A stretch of DNA of 64,000 nt from Terriglobia bacterium (GCA_965206645.1 CBDBKE010000004.1:352001-416000); one strand, 5' to 3'; positions 19,343 through 29,393 are shown, counted from the first letter of the stretch. The notes: generated by a model not told the origin, from the sequence alone. Program-made: numbers and translations.

Positions 19343-21350
19343 AAGAGGCGACATGGACGGTGACGATCTGACTCGATACGCCGTTGATGATGACCTCCAC
19401 GTCCTGCACATCCACAGGGACGCCCGATGGCACCTGCACGTTCACCTGGTAGAGTCCCACAAATCCTGGGGCCAGGCCGGAGAAGGTCACGTCGGCGGCT
19501 ATGCCGGCGATGTTCACCATCGGCAGAGTGACGGTTCGCGCCAGTGGCTCAGTGCTGGGGGCAACATCGCCGGATGCGACTTCGGGCTGTACCGGACCGA
19601 GCCCGGTGCAAAAGATCGCCAGGAATTCGCCGGGTTGTGCGGGGGCGCTTGCGGTGACCGGCTGGAAATCTTCCGCGTGAAGGATCGCCGCGGGGCCGCT
19701 GCCCTGCTGGTTCAGCGTAAAAATCCCCGGCGAAACGGCCGCGATCTCGGTCGGCTGCGCCTCGGTCGTTTCACTGCCCCGCGTCACCTGCACCGTGACC
19801 GAACCCGCTCCGGTCGTCAGCTCAAACGGGACCTGCGCATTGATCTGCACGCGGGAGATGAAAAACAACGACGCGAGAATATTGTCGAAGGTTACGCTGG
19901 TCTCTCCCAGCGTCGTTGGAAGTGGTACTTCACCCGCCAGTACAGTTTCGCTCGCCAGGTCCGCGCCGAAGATGGCGACGATGGCGCCCGGCGCGATGGC
20001 GGAGTTCGGCTCTGTGGCCGGCCGGAAGCTGGCACCATTGACCACGGAGTTGGCCGGCAGAGTTGGGGGCCCAGGCGGCTCGTCCGTGATTTTGGCGATG
20101 AAAGTGTCCTGGCCCCCGGCGATATTCGGCTGAATTGGATTTACCGTAGGCGGGAAGTTAAAACGGGTAGACCCTGTCACGTAGGCGTTGCCGGAGGCAT
20201 CCACAGCGATGGCCTTGCCACCGAGGTGCATGGAGTAAACCAGAGCGTCGCCGGCGGCATTCAATTTCGTCACGAGAGGGCTGTAGGCGTTGCCAGCGGA
20301 GTCCACAGCGATATCACCACAGAAACCACTTTCGAAGGTAGAGTAGACGAGAGCGGAACCTGTGGCGTTAAACTTCGTAACGAAGCAGCCGATGAAGGGG
20401 GCCCCCAGCGTCGTAGGGAAGTCGGGGGAGAAGGTCCGGCCAGACACGTAGGTGTTGCCAGCAGAGTCCGCCGCTATGCCTCTGCAACTATCGGAGTTCG
20501 TGCCGCCGAGGTAGGTGGAGTAGCTCAGTACAGGATCAATGATGAGCGGCTGGCTAGCATCATACGCAGCCACCTGGAAGCTGACCTGGCGCTGGCGGTT
20601 GACCACGTATGCTCCGGCGACTTCCCGCTGGACGCCGTCTACGTGCTGATAGACCAGCGGTTTGTGCAGGCGAACTTCTTCTCCAGCGGTGTGTAGCACC
20701 AGGTCGCCTTGAGCATCTATTTCCAGGTTCTCATTACCCTCGAAGGCGAGCTGGATAACGTCAGGATCGGTCCCCGGAGCGACAATCAGGTCGTATTCAA
20801 GTTGCCGTTGGTTGCCGTAGTAGACCAGATCAACGCCGGGATAAACGTTCTTGTACTGCACTTTGGCGTAGGTCGGTACGTCGGTGCGCCACTTGTCGGG
20901 ATCATTGCCCAGGAAGTAGTTGCTCTTGCCGGGTAGCTCCTCCAGCCCCTTCACCTCAGGATGCGGGTTAGCCCCGACGAGCTGCATCCGCAGGACGTTG
21001 CGGCCCTCCGGCGGTGAAGAACTCGGCGGTGAAGAGCCCGGTAGTGAAGAGCTTGCTCCCGCTCCCTTACGGTCGCGGCTCGGAAAACTCAAGACTGCCT
21101 CGGTTGAGTTCAAAAACAGGGTGTAACCGGGACCGCGAGATATGAATTTTACGCGGCTGTCCGTCTGCCCCTGATTGGCTTCAAAACTCAAAGGCAGTTT
21201 GCCGTAAGTTTCGACGATCCGCTGCTTGGTCGCCTCAGCGACTCCCTCCGTCAGAACATCGCCCTTCGGAAGAGTATTTTGAACCTGGACCAGGCTTATG
21301 GCAGCAAGAAGCAGGCCCGCGTAAAGAAGCACGAACGCCTTTCGTTTCAT
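19341..21350 (-). CDS. Secreted SBBP beta-propeller-repeat protein with TIGR03437-like C-terminal domain
   Basis: Signal peptide; LPLSFEANQGQTD, YPGVDLVYYG, IDPVLSYSTYLGG, IAVDSAGNAY repeats; VVNGASF...SPGIFT...GLAPGFVGLYQVNVQVP. Confidence 0.88.
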   Translation of the reverse strand: MKRKAFVLLYAGLLLAAISLVQVQNTLPKGDVLTEGVAEATKQRIVETYGKLPLSFEANQGQTDSRVKFISRGPGYTLFLNSTEAVLSFPSRDRKGAGASSSLPGSSPPSSSPPEGRNVLRMQLVGANPHPEVKGLEELPGKSNYFLGNDPDKWRTDVPTYAKVQYKNVYPGVDLVYYGNQRQLEYDLIVAPGTDPDVIQLAFEGNENLEIDAQGDLVLHTAGEEVRLHKPLVYQHVDGVQREVAGAYVVNRQRQVSFQVAAYDASQPLIIDPVLSYSTYLGGTNSDSCRGIAADSAGNTYVSGRTFSPDFPTTLGAPFIGCFVTKFNATGSALVYSTFESGFCGDIAVDSAGNAYSPLVTKLNAAGDALVYSMHLGGKAIAVDASGNAYVTGSTRFNFPPTVNPIQPNIAGGQDTFIAKITDEPPGPPTLPANSVVNGASFRPATEPNSAIAPGAIVAIFGADLASETVLAGEVPLPTTLGETSVTFDNILASLFFISRVQINAQVPFELTTGAGSVTVQVTRGSETTEAQPTEIAAVSPGIFTLNQQGSGPAAILHAEDFQPVTASAPAQPGEFLAIFCTGLGPVQPEVASGDVAPSTEPLARTVTLPMVNIAGIAADVTFSGLAPGFVGLYQVNVQVPSGVPVDVQDVEVIINGVSSQIVTVHVAS

Positions 21351-21428
21351 CGCACGCTCCTCAAGAGCCTCCTGAAAACTCCTGCCCCGTGTCATTCCGC
21401 GGGCCGACAACCTCAGGGCCTCCACACC

Positions 21429-21573
21429 TTAAGGGAAGACAGGGACGGTGACGATCTTACTTGAGACGCCGTTGATGATGATCTCGACATCCTGCGTACC
21501 CGCAGGGACGCCCAATGGCACCTGCACGTTTACCTGGTAGAGCCCCACAAATCCTGGGGCCAGGCCGGAGAAG
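21429..21573 (-). pseudogene. C-terminal remnant of a paralogous TIGR03437-like gene, cut by the IS
   Basis: FSGLAPGFVGLYQVNVQVPLGVPAGTQDVEIIINGVSSKIVTVPVFP*, closely matching the end of 19341-21350. Confidence 0.85.
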
Positions 21574-21635
21574 TGAGGTGGCCCCGGTCAGTCGGGCAGC
21601 TTGGCGGTTTGTTTAAGGTATATTCCGATTGTCAC

Positions 21636-22604
21636 TCATACCGCCAAAATCTCCTTGGATAGATCTTCCTGTCGCTGTTGCTGCGCCTGTGGGTATGTGG
21701 GCAAGGCGCGTAGCGGCTCGTCCATCATACCCACAAGCGGGTCGCCGCGGTAGGCCTCGGCCGGGGGTTTCCCATCGAGCGCCGAGTGTGGCCTTTCGGT
21801 GTTGTAGAAGCCGATCCACTCGTCGATGAGGCGCCGGGCCTCGAAGCCGTCGGTAAGCTCGTGCAGATAGACAGCCTCGTATTTGAGCGAGCGCCACAGC
21901 CGCTCGATGAAGATGTTGTCCAGGCAACGGCCCCTGCCGTCCATCGAAATACGGACACCGGCCGCCTGCAAGCGCCCGCTGAAGGCGAAGCCGGTGAACT
22001 GGCTGCCTTGATCGGTGTTGAAAACCTCCGGCTGGCCATGGCGGGTCAGCGCCTCATCGAGCGCCTCGACGCAAAAGCCCGCGTCCAGGGTGTTCGACAA
22101 CCGCCAGGCCAGCACATGCCTACTCGCCCAATCCATGATCGCCACCAGGTAAAGGAAGCCGCGGCGCACCGGGATGTAGGTGATGTCGGCGCACCAGACC
22201 TGATTGGATCGGTTGATCGACATGCCCTTGAGCAGATAGGGGTAGACCCGCTGCTCGGGATGCGGATCGCTGGTGCGTGGCGCCCGGTAGATCGCCTGAA
22301 GCCCCATCAGGCGCATCAGACGACTGGCCCGGCGACGGCCGATGCGCACCCCCTCAAGGCGCAGATGACGAACCATCTGACGGGCGCCGTAGAACGGATG
22401 CTTCAGGAACAACTCATCGATGCGCCGCATCAGCGCAAGGCTCTCCGCGCTTTCGCCCTTGGGCGTGTAATAGAGCCAGGATCGCCCGATCGATAGCAAA
22501 CGGCATTGACGACTCAAGCTCAGTCCCGGGTGAGGGCGCCTCACCATCACCCGCCGCTCGGCCCGGCTCATCGACCGGACCCTGTGGACAAAAATCCCGT
22601 TCAA
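21636..22604 (-). CDS. IS3 transposase OrfB (DDE integrase core)
   Basis: WCADITY, FNTDQGSQF, NIFIERLWRSLKYE, YNTERPHSAL. Confidence 0.92.
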   Translation of the reverse strand: MNGIFVHRVRSMSRAERRVMVRRPHPGLSLSRQCRLLSIGRSWLYYTPKGESAESLALMRRIDELFLKHPFYGARQMVRHLRLEGVRIGRRRASRLMRLMGLQAIYRAPRTSDPHPEQRVYPYLLKGMSINRSNQVWCADITYIPVRRGFLYLVAIMDWASRHVLAWRLSNTLDAGFCVEALDEALTRHGQPEVFNTDQGSQFTGFAFSGRLQAAGVRISMDGRGRCLDNIFIERLWRSLKYEAVYLHELTDGFEARRLIDEWIGFYNTERPHSALDGKPPAEAYRGDPLVGMMDEPLRALPTYPQAQQQRQEDLSKEILAV

Positions 22605-22848
22605 CCGTCAATTCGCCGATCTTGGCGTGAAGCTCACGGACTTCGCTTTCATGATCTCGCCGGCGGCGATCCACACCGTTCGAGAACACCTCGCCAAGCC
22701 CTTCGATCGCTTGGCGCTTCCATGTGCTCACCTGGTTCGGATGCACCTGGTGCTTCGAGGCAATCTCCTGCAGCGTCCGGTCGCCCCGCAGCGCTTCCAG
22801 TGCCACCTTCGCTTTCAAATCACCAGAAAACCTGCGTCTCCTCCTCAT
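22570..22848 (-). CDS. IS3 transposase OrfA (HTH); junction with orfB appears one base short
   Basis: KAKVALEALRGDRTLQEIASKHQVHPNQVSTWK...LHAKIGELTVERDF. Confidence 0.85.
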
Positions 22849-23134
22849 CGCATATCCCTCCTCAGTCGGTGGAATACACCTTAAACGTCTGTCCGATTTT
22901 CCGGGGCCACCTCAAATGGCCTTGTCGACGTCGTATAAACGGTAATGCCCCTTTTCGATATCCGTAAGGAGAGAAAAGCTGCAGATGTATAGGGAGAAAA
23001 ACTATTCTTGCAAGCGCCAATCGGGTGCAAGGTGTTTGGTTTCCCCCCCTAAGTCTAAGAACACAAATGGCTTGATGAACTCGGCCCTTTGGGCGCAAGA
23101 AATTCCAGCCCCCCTAAACTATGGAGGTAATGCC

Positions 23135-23865
23135 ATGAGAAAGTTATTTTTGGGTATGAGGAAGGTGGCGACACCGGCGGCCCTGGTCATTTTTGTCGTC
23201 TTGGCCTTCGTCGTCCCGCCTGCAAGCGCCGCCGGCAAGGGTACCCTGTCAGCCTTTCTGGTGGGCTACTGGGACGAATTGGGGGCCGAGGGGGAGCAGG
23301 GATTCCAACTTAGGATCATTAACCCCACAGCGCAAAGTTTAGAGGCCGTGGTGGCTGTGTTCGATTCCGAAGAGGTGCTCTTTGCCTGCGGCAGGACTGT
23401 GCTTAGCTCAAACGATGAGGTCCTGATGAGGTCCTACTGAATGGCGCCAAAGCTATCTGGCAAGAGCCCGCTATGGGCACCAGTGGGATGACGATTCAGC
23501 AGTTATACAACTCGACCCCCGCTCGAAGGGAAGGCGTCATTAAGATCGTTTCGCTGAAGCCTCCAGAGGAAATGGAGCAGAATGGCATTCTTGAACTAGC
23601 GAATGACCATGAGGAGGAGAATGGCAATGGGGGGAAACGAGTGAAGGATGGGCTGCTGGCCTGGATAGTGAACCTCGGTAAGGTAGGCGACGTCTCCTTC
23701 ACTTCCGTTATCGAACTGCACGGGTTGCCCAACGAATTCCTCAGGAAGGGTAGGGAGAGCGAGAGCGAGCTGGAGAAGATTGCAGGGGAAGACGCGTGTG
23801 GTGCCGGAGTGTTGCTAGAGGATCCCCTAGACACAGAGCCGCCGGAAGAGACACAACAAGAGTAG
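23135..23865 (+). pseudogene. Secreted hypothetical protein frameshifted by an 11-bp tandem duplication
   Basis: GGAGG RBS and signal peptide (..PPASA). GATGAGGTCCT occurs twice at 23414-23435; removing one copy fuses both ORFs (..SNDEVLLNGAKAIWQEPAMGTSG..). Confidence 0.75.
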
Positions 23866-23869
23866 CCGT

Positions 23870-24165
23870 AAGCTTTCGCTCTGCCCGAGCATCCTGGGTA
23901 CCCCGCCACGGGCCTGCTCTTGGCCGTGGCGGGCTATCCGTCCTACCGGCCTCATCGGCCCCAGCCGCTGGGCCGGCGGCGCTACTGGGCAAAAAAGCGG
24001 ATTCTTCGCTTCGCTCGGAGTGACAAGGAAGCTACTTCTTGACCGCCCCTCTTAAGAGCAAAAAGACCGATTCAGTGCTCGTGGTTCCCACAGATATTGC
24101 CATTCGTCGCTGCCAGTCTCAAGCCTCAAGGCGTCAGTCACTGTAGGGGCAGGCTTTAGCCTGCT
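23870..24165. repeat. Patchwork of palindromic/REP-like remnants
   Basis: CCCGCCACGG..CCGTGGCGGG hairpin; GATTCTTCGCTTCGCTCGGAGTGACA (24000-24025); GTAGGGGCAGGCTTTAGCCTGC (from 24143). Confidence 0.5.
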
Positions 24166-24172
24166 CACGGCA

Positions 24173-25315
24173 TCAGTCGCCCAAGATCTGCCGCGCGATG
24201 ATGAGCCGCTGGCTTTCGCTGGTGCCTTCGCCAATGGTGCACAGCTTCACGTCGCGGTAATACTTCTCCGCCGGATAGTCCTTGATGAAGCCGTAGCCTC
24301 CGTGAACCTGCAACGCCTCGTTGGCCACCCGCACCGCCACTTCGCTGGCATAGAGCTTGGCCATCGAGGATTCCTTGGTGTGGCGCAGGCCGCGGTCGGC
24401 CAGCCAGGCGGCCCGATAGTTGAGCAGGCGCGCGGCGTCAATCTCGGTAGCCATGTCGACCAGCTTCCACTGGATGGCCTGAAATTCCGAGATGGGCCGG
24501 CCAAACTGTTTCCGCTGCTTGGCATGCTTGAGCGCCGCCTCATACGCACCCTGGGCCATGCCGATGGCCATGGCCGCAATGGAAATGCGCCCGCCGTCCA
24601 GAATCCGCAGGCTGTCCACGAATCCTGCGCCCTCCTTGCCGAGCAGGTTGGCGGCGGACAGGCGGCAATCCTCAAAGATGACTTCGGAAGTGTCGCTGGC
24701 GCGCAGGCCCAGCTTGTCCTCTTTCTTGCCCACGCGGAAGCCGGGCGTCCCCTTCTCGATGAGAAAGGCGGAGATGCCGTGGTGCCCCTTGGCGCGGTTG
24801 GTGGAGGCCATGGCGACGCAGCGATCGGCGTGATGCCCGTTGGTGGTGAAGGTCTTCGAGCCGTTCAGCAGATAGCAGTCGTCCTGCCGCACGGCGGTGG
24901 TGCGCGTGCCGGCGGCGTCGGAGCCGGCTTCGGGCTCGGTCAGGCTCCAGCAGCCCAGCTTGCGCCCGGAGGCCAGATCGGGCAGGTAGCGGCGCCGTTG
25001 CTCTTCGCTGCCGCATTGGCAGATGTGGTTGGCGCACAACGAAGTGTGCGCCGCCACGATAATGCCTACGGAGCCGTCCACGCGCGACAGTTCCTCGATC
25101 ACGATCGCGTAGTCGATGTATCCCAGGCCCGCCCCGCCGTATTCTTCGGGGAAGATCACGCCCATCAGGCCCAGGGCCGCCAGCTTCGGCATCAGTTCTT
25201 CCGGGAATTGCGAGGCCTGGTCTCAGCGCCGGACGTGGGGCGCAATTTCCGCTTCCGCAAATTCGCGGACATTCCTGCGCAGCTGGACTTGCTCCGGCGT
25301 CAGTTCAAAGTCCAT
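24173..25315 (-). pseudogene. Acyl-CoA dehydrogenase with in-frame TGA at codon 31
   Basis: MDFELTPEQ...[20 protein letters not shown]; [33 protein letters not shown]. The stop lies at a position that is usually Trp. Confidence 0.85.
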
Positions 25316-25401
25316 TGGCGGCCCCGGCATGTGGGGCGGTTGGGCTCATTTAGTTGGGCTCATATAACAGACTACATTTGAAGGGGGCCAGCGTCACCAG
25401 A

Positions 25402-26490
25402 TTAACTGCGCCAATGGAGCGTCACGGGGCCGGGGATGGGGTGCTGCATGGGTTTCCCCGTACGCTTGGCTTCGAGGTGAGCGGCTTTCAGTTGGAAGTA
25501 CCACTTCGCGGGACGGTCGGCATCATCGATCAACATCAGCGAAGGGTCGTGCTTCAAGCCCAGCGCCTGCTTTTCCATCGTCTGCTGGTCCTGCTGGATG
25601 AACTTGTGGCCAAAGAGGCGGAAGATGGGCACCATGAACGGCATCCAGGGGAACAGGTTCCAGGCGGCGCAGAAGTCGATGCGGCTCTGCTCTGCCGTTA
25701 CCGGCGTCACCGTGGCTCGGCTGGAAAACCAGTAGGAGCCGCAGCGAATCTGCTCAAAGCGCATGTTGGGCAGGACGAACTCGATGGTGGTGGTGATGGG
25801 CTGCCCGTAGACCCGTAGGAGCTTGTAGGGGGCGCTGTTGGGAGAGGGGGAGTGGGCGCGGATGCGAAAGCCGTTGGGGATGGGCTCGAAGATCTTTTCC
25901 TTTTGTCGGATGCTGCGCTGAGCCCGCCACCACCAAGCCTGGTGAACGAAAGGCCCGTGGGCAGGGTCCATCAGCCCGATGATGCCGTGGTCAACGTGGC
26001 AGGGCAGGTGGGCCCAGAGATGCGTCAGGCGGTAGCCCTCACTGAAGACGGGCAGCCGCGGCGTCGGCGGCACCGGCTCCTGCCGGTTGGCCGTCTCGGG
26101 AACATAGACCCAGACGTAGCCGTCCTGCTCCTCGCAAGGGAAATGGCCGGCGTGGATGCGCTCCACCTTCAGCTTGGAGTCGGCAGTGAGAGAAGGGACC
26201 TCTGTGCATTGGCCGCTGTGGACGTCGAACTGCCAGCCGTGGTAGCTGCATTCCAGGCGGTGGCCGTTGAGCCGGCCAAACGACAAGGGCATGCCTCGAT
26301 GGGGGCAACTGTCGCGAAGAGAGAAGGCCCGGCCCTGGGCGTCACGTCCAACGACCAGCGGCATGCCCAGCAGCGTCACCGGCCGTAGCTTCTTGCTCTG
26401 CAGTTGAGCGCTCCGCAGGGCCGGGTACCAGAAATCCTGTAGCATTTGGGCATCGGCCTTCGGGAGCGCGCCCGCGCTGACATCGCTCAT
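25402..26490 (-). CDS. Rieske non-heme iron oxygenase, alpha subunit
   Basis: CPHRG...CSYHGW Rieske motif; DPAHGPFVH iron site; QQD. Confidence 0.9.
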   Translation of the reverse strand: MSDVSAGALPKADAQMLQDFWYPALRSAQLQSKKLRPVTLLGMPLVVGRDAQGRAFSLRDSCPHRGMPLSFGRLNGHRLECSYHGWQFDVHSGQCTEVPSLTADSKLKVERIHAGHFPCEEQDGYVWVYVPETANRQEPVPPTPRLPVFSEGYRLTHLWAHLPCHVDHGIIGLMDPAHGPFVHQAWWWRAQRSIRQKEKIFEPIPNGFRIRAHSPSPNSAPYKLLRVYGQPITTTIEFVLPNMRFEQIRCGSYWFSSRATVTPVTAEQSRIDFCAAWNLFPWMPFMVPIFRLFGHKFIQQDQQTMEKQALGLKHDPSLMLIDDADRPAKWYFQLKAAHLEAKRTGKPMQHPIPGPVTLHWRS

Positions 26491-26577
26491 TGGCGGAATT
26501 CTAGCACGCTTGCAGGAGGGGCGTTCAGGCGGGAAGGGAGTTGCCGGCGGGCTAGCTGCGATAGCGCAGGTAAACCC

Positions 26578-27711
26578 CTACGCGACGCCAACCGGTTTGG
26601 CGCCCACCACGCGCGTCATCACCTCCAGCGCCCGGTCAATCATCTGCCGGTTCACGTCCAGGTGAGTGACCATGCGCATCGTTTCCGGGCTGACTCCCGA
26701 GGCCAGCACATTGTGCTCCTTTAGGACAGCCGACAGCTCGGTGGAGGTCAGGCCCGTGCCGGAGACGTCCAGGATCATGATGTTGGTCTGGACCTTCGCC
26801 GGATTGATAAGAATTCCGGGAATCTGGGCCAGCCCTTCGGCCAGGTGGCGCGCATTTCCGTGGTCTTCCGCCAGTCGCTGTGGCCCTTTCTCCAGTGCGA
26901 CGAGGCCGGCAGCCGCTAGCACCCCGACCTGGCGCATGCCGCCGCCGAGCGTCTTGCGGGCGACGCGCGCCTGGTCGATGAAGTCGCGGCTACCGACCAG
27001 CATCGAGCCGACCGGCGCTCCCAGCCCCTTCGACAGGCAGAACATCACCGAGTCGCACTTGGCCGTCAGAGTGCGCACGTCGCGGCCCAGGTGCGTTGCG
27101 GCGTTGAAGATGCGCGCACCGTCCATGTGCACGGGGATACCCGCATCATGCGCTCCATCGCAAATCTGCTCGACAACCGCCAGCGGATAAACGGTGCCCC
27201 CGGCCAAGTTGTGCGTGCTCTCCAACGAGATCAACCCGGTCTGCGCGCGGTAATAGACCTTGGGGCGAATCTGCCGTTTCACCTGCTCCCAGCGCAGGAT
27301 GCCGCCCTCGGCATAAATGGGGCGGGGTACAGTGCCAGCGATGGCGCTCATGGCACCCATCTCGTAGTTGAAGACGTGCCCGCGCTCTTCGCAGATCACT
27401 TCGTTCCCTGGCCGGGTGTGTATTTTGATGGCGATCAGGTTTCCCATCGAGCCGGAAGGGACAAACAGCGCCGCTTCACGCCCGAAAATCTCCGCGGCAC
27501 GCTCTTGAAGGCGGTTGACCGTGGGGTCTTCCATGTAGACGTCGTCGCCCACTTCAGCCTCGGCAATGGCCCGGCGCATCTCAGCCGAGGGGTTGGTGAT
27601 GGTGTCGCTGCGCAAGTCCACCACAATGTGCGCTGCCTCAGAGATTCCTCTTGAGGATTGGACTTTCGGGTTAGCGTTTCCTTGCATGGTTTTCCCCATC
27701 AGACGCTCCAT
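26578..27711 (-). CDS. ltaE: Low-specificity L-threonine aldolase (true start may be downstream)
   Basis: [46 protein letters not shown]. Confidence 0.93.
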   Translation of the reverse strand: MERLMGKTMQGNANPKVQSSRGISEAAHIVVDLRSDTITNPSAEMRRAIAEAEVGDDVYMEDPTVNRLQERAAEIFGREAALFVPSGSMGNLIAIKIHTRPGNEVICEERGHVFNYEMGAMSAIAGTVPRPIYAEGGILRWEQVKRQIRPKVYYRAQTGLISLESTHNLAGGTVYPLAVVEQICDGAHDAGIPVHMDGARIFNAATHLGRDVRTLTAKCDSVMFCLSKGLGAPVGSMLVGSRDFIDQARVARKTLGGGMRQVGVLAAAGLVALEKGPQRLAEDHGNARHLAEGLAQIPGILINPAKVQTNIMILDVSGTGLTSTELSAVLKEHNVLASGVSPETMRMVTHLDVNRQMIDRALEVMTRVVGAKPVGVA

Positions 27712-27805
27712 TCAGTTACAACAACTCGTCCAGTCTCCGCTGTGCCCTCCATACAAGCAGTTCATTGAATCGCTTCCTGGCGAATGGTGTGCACGGTTCC
27801 CAGTG

Positions 27806-29005
27806 TCAGTGGATGAAAGCGCTAAAGACTTCGTTGGAAAGCAACCGGCCGCGAGCGGTCAGGCGCAGGCGGCCATCGGCCAACTCCAGCAGGCCTGCTT
27901 CTGCCAATTCAGTGATTTCGCGTTGGTAGCTGTGGTGGTCTGCGGGCGAAAGTTCCACACCTTCGTTTCGGCGCAAGCCTAGGAACATCCGCTCCTCTGC
28001 GCGGCGGCGCTCATCCAACCGATGCCGCTCGGCCACCGGCAACTCGTGCCGGGCGACGAGTGCGAGGTACTCCTCCAGCGAATCAGTGTTGGCCCACCGC
28101 TGGGCGCCGTCAAACGAGTGCGCGTCCAGGCCGAACCCCAGATAGGGCACGCCTTCCCAGTACTTGCGGTTGTGCCGCGAGTCGCAGCCGGACAGTGCGA
28201 AGTTGGAAATCTCGTACTGGCGGTAGCCCAGCCCCGTGAGCCGGTCGATGGCGCGGCAGTAAAAGTCGGCCGCGGCATCTTCCTCTGGGAGCGCGGCGGC
28301 TGAATAGCGAACACCGCTCGCAAGCGCCTCTGCGCCCAGACGGCTGTCGGCGTCAATCTCCAGCATGTACACCGAGACGTGCGACGGACGTAGGCGCGCC
28401 ACCCAGTCCAGCGAAACCTCCCAACTCGCGGCAGTCTGGTGAGGAAGCCCGGCGATCAGGTCGAGCGACACATTCGCGATTCCAGCAGCACGCAGCCATG
28501 CAACGTCAGCCGCAACCGTTTCGGCCCGGTGCGGACGGCCCACCGCCTTTAGCTCGCGCTCTACGAACGACTGCACTCCCAGGCTCACCCGGTTCACCCC
28601 GCACTGCTGCCAGGCGTCCGCCAGCTCTCGGCTGAAGCTGCCAGGGGCTGCTTCAAGAGTGATCTCGGCGTCCGCCGCAATGGAAAACACCTGCCGAGGT
28701 TCGTCCAGCAGGCGGCCAAGCTGGGTGGCCGTGAGCAAGCTTGGCGTTCCGCCGCCCAGGTAAATGGAGTCAGTCGGCAAGCGGGAGTCCGCCCGGGAGC
28801 CCAGTAAGGACAGGGCTCCCGGCCCATCATTCCCACTGCGGTATTCGCTCCCTTTGCGGATTTCCCAGCACAGGGCTTCGAGGTAATGTGGCAGCTTTTC
28901 TGCGGGAAAAACTCCCGAGGCGAAATTGCAATAGGTGCACTTGAAGCGACAAAAAGGGATGCTCACATAGAGACCCCAGTGAGGTTGCTCAGAATTAGCC
29001 GGCAA
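27806..29005 (-). CDS. hemW: Radical SAM heme chaperone HemW
   Basis: PFCRFKCTYCNF, GGGTPS, YEISNFA, HNRKYW. Confidence 0.88.
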   Translation of the reverse strand: MPANSEQPHWGLYVSIPFCRFKCTYCNFASGVFPAEKLPHYLEALCWEIRKGSEYRSGNDGPGALSLLGSRADSRLPTDSIYLGGGTPSLLTATQLGRLLDEPRQVFSIAADAEITLEAAPGSFSRELADAWQQCGVNRVSLGVQSFVERELKAVGRPHRAETVAADVAWLRAAGIANVSLDLIAGLPHQTAASWEVSLDWVARLRPSHVSVYMLEIDADSRLGAEALASGVRYSAAALPEEDAAADFYCRAIDRLTGLGYRQYEISNFALSGCDSRHNRKYWEGVPYLGFGLDAHSFDGAQRWANTDSLEEYLALVARHELPVAERHRLDERRRAEERMFLGLRRNEGVELSPADHHSYQREITELAEAGLLELADGRLRLTARGRLLSNEVFSAFIH

Positions 29006-29393
29006 TGATTTTCACCTTCAGTTCGCGCTGGCGTGGCCCGTCGAACTCGCAAAAGAAGATGCCCTGCCAGCGTCCCAGCGCCAGGCGTCCGTCTTCGATC
29101 GGGACGCTCTCCGAGGTGCCGACGAGTGTGGCCTTGATATGGGAATCGGCGTTGCCTTCCCAATGCTTGTAGGCACCGTCTTTGGGGAACAGCTTGCGCA
29201 GGACCGTGTCCACATCGGCCATCACGTCCGGGTCATCGGATTCGTTGACGGCAACCGCCGCGGTCGTGTGCGGGACGTAGAGGTAGCACAGGCCGCTTCT
29301 CACGCCGGCGGTGCGCACTAACTTTTCCACCTCGGTAGTGACGTCGCGAGCCTCGTTCCTTGTTTGGGTCTTGATGCGGAGCGTATGCAGCAC
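28995..29393 (-). CDS. yjbQ: YjbQ/UPF0047 family protein
   Basis: PHTTA, NE..DPDV, H.EGNADSHIK, LG.WQGIFFCEFDGPR. Confidence 0.92.
   Translation of the reverse strand: MLHTLRIKTQTRNEARDVTTEVEKLVRTAGVRSGLCYLYVPHTTAAVAVNESDDPDVMADVDTVLRKLFPKDGAYKHWEGNADSHIKATLVGTSESVPIEDGRLALGRWQGIFFCEFDGPRQRELKVKIIAG

Larger units (their letters stand above)
21574..22914 (-). mobile_element. IS3-family insertion sequence (1341 bp)
   Basis: Terminal IRs TGAGGTGGCCCCGG (21574) and CCGGGGCCACCTCA (ends 22914); orfA and orfB; no target-site duplication. Confidence 0.93.

Noticed and set aside
19307-21430. CCTCAAGGCCTCCACA repeats as a CRISPR array
   Set aside because: No spacers and no cas genes; explained by tandem repeats and a duplicated gene 3' end.
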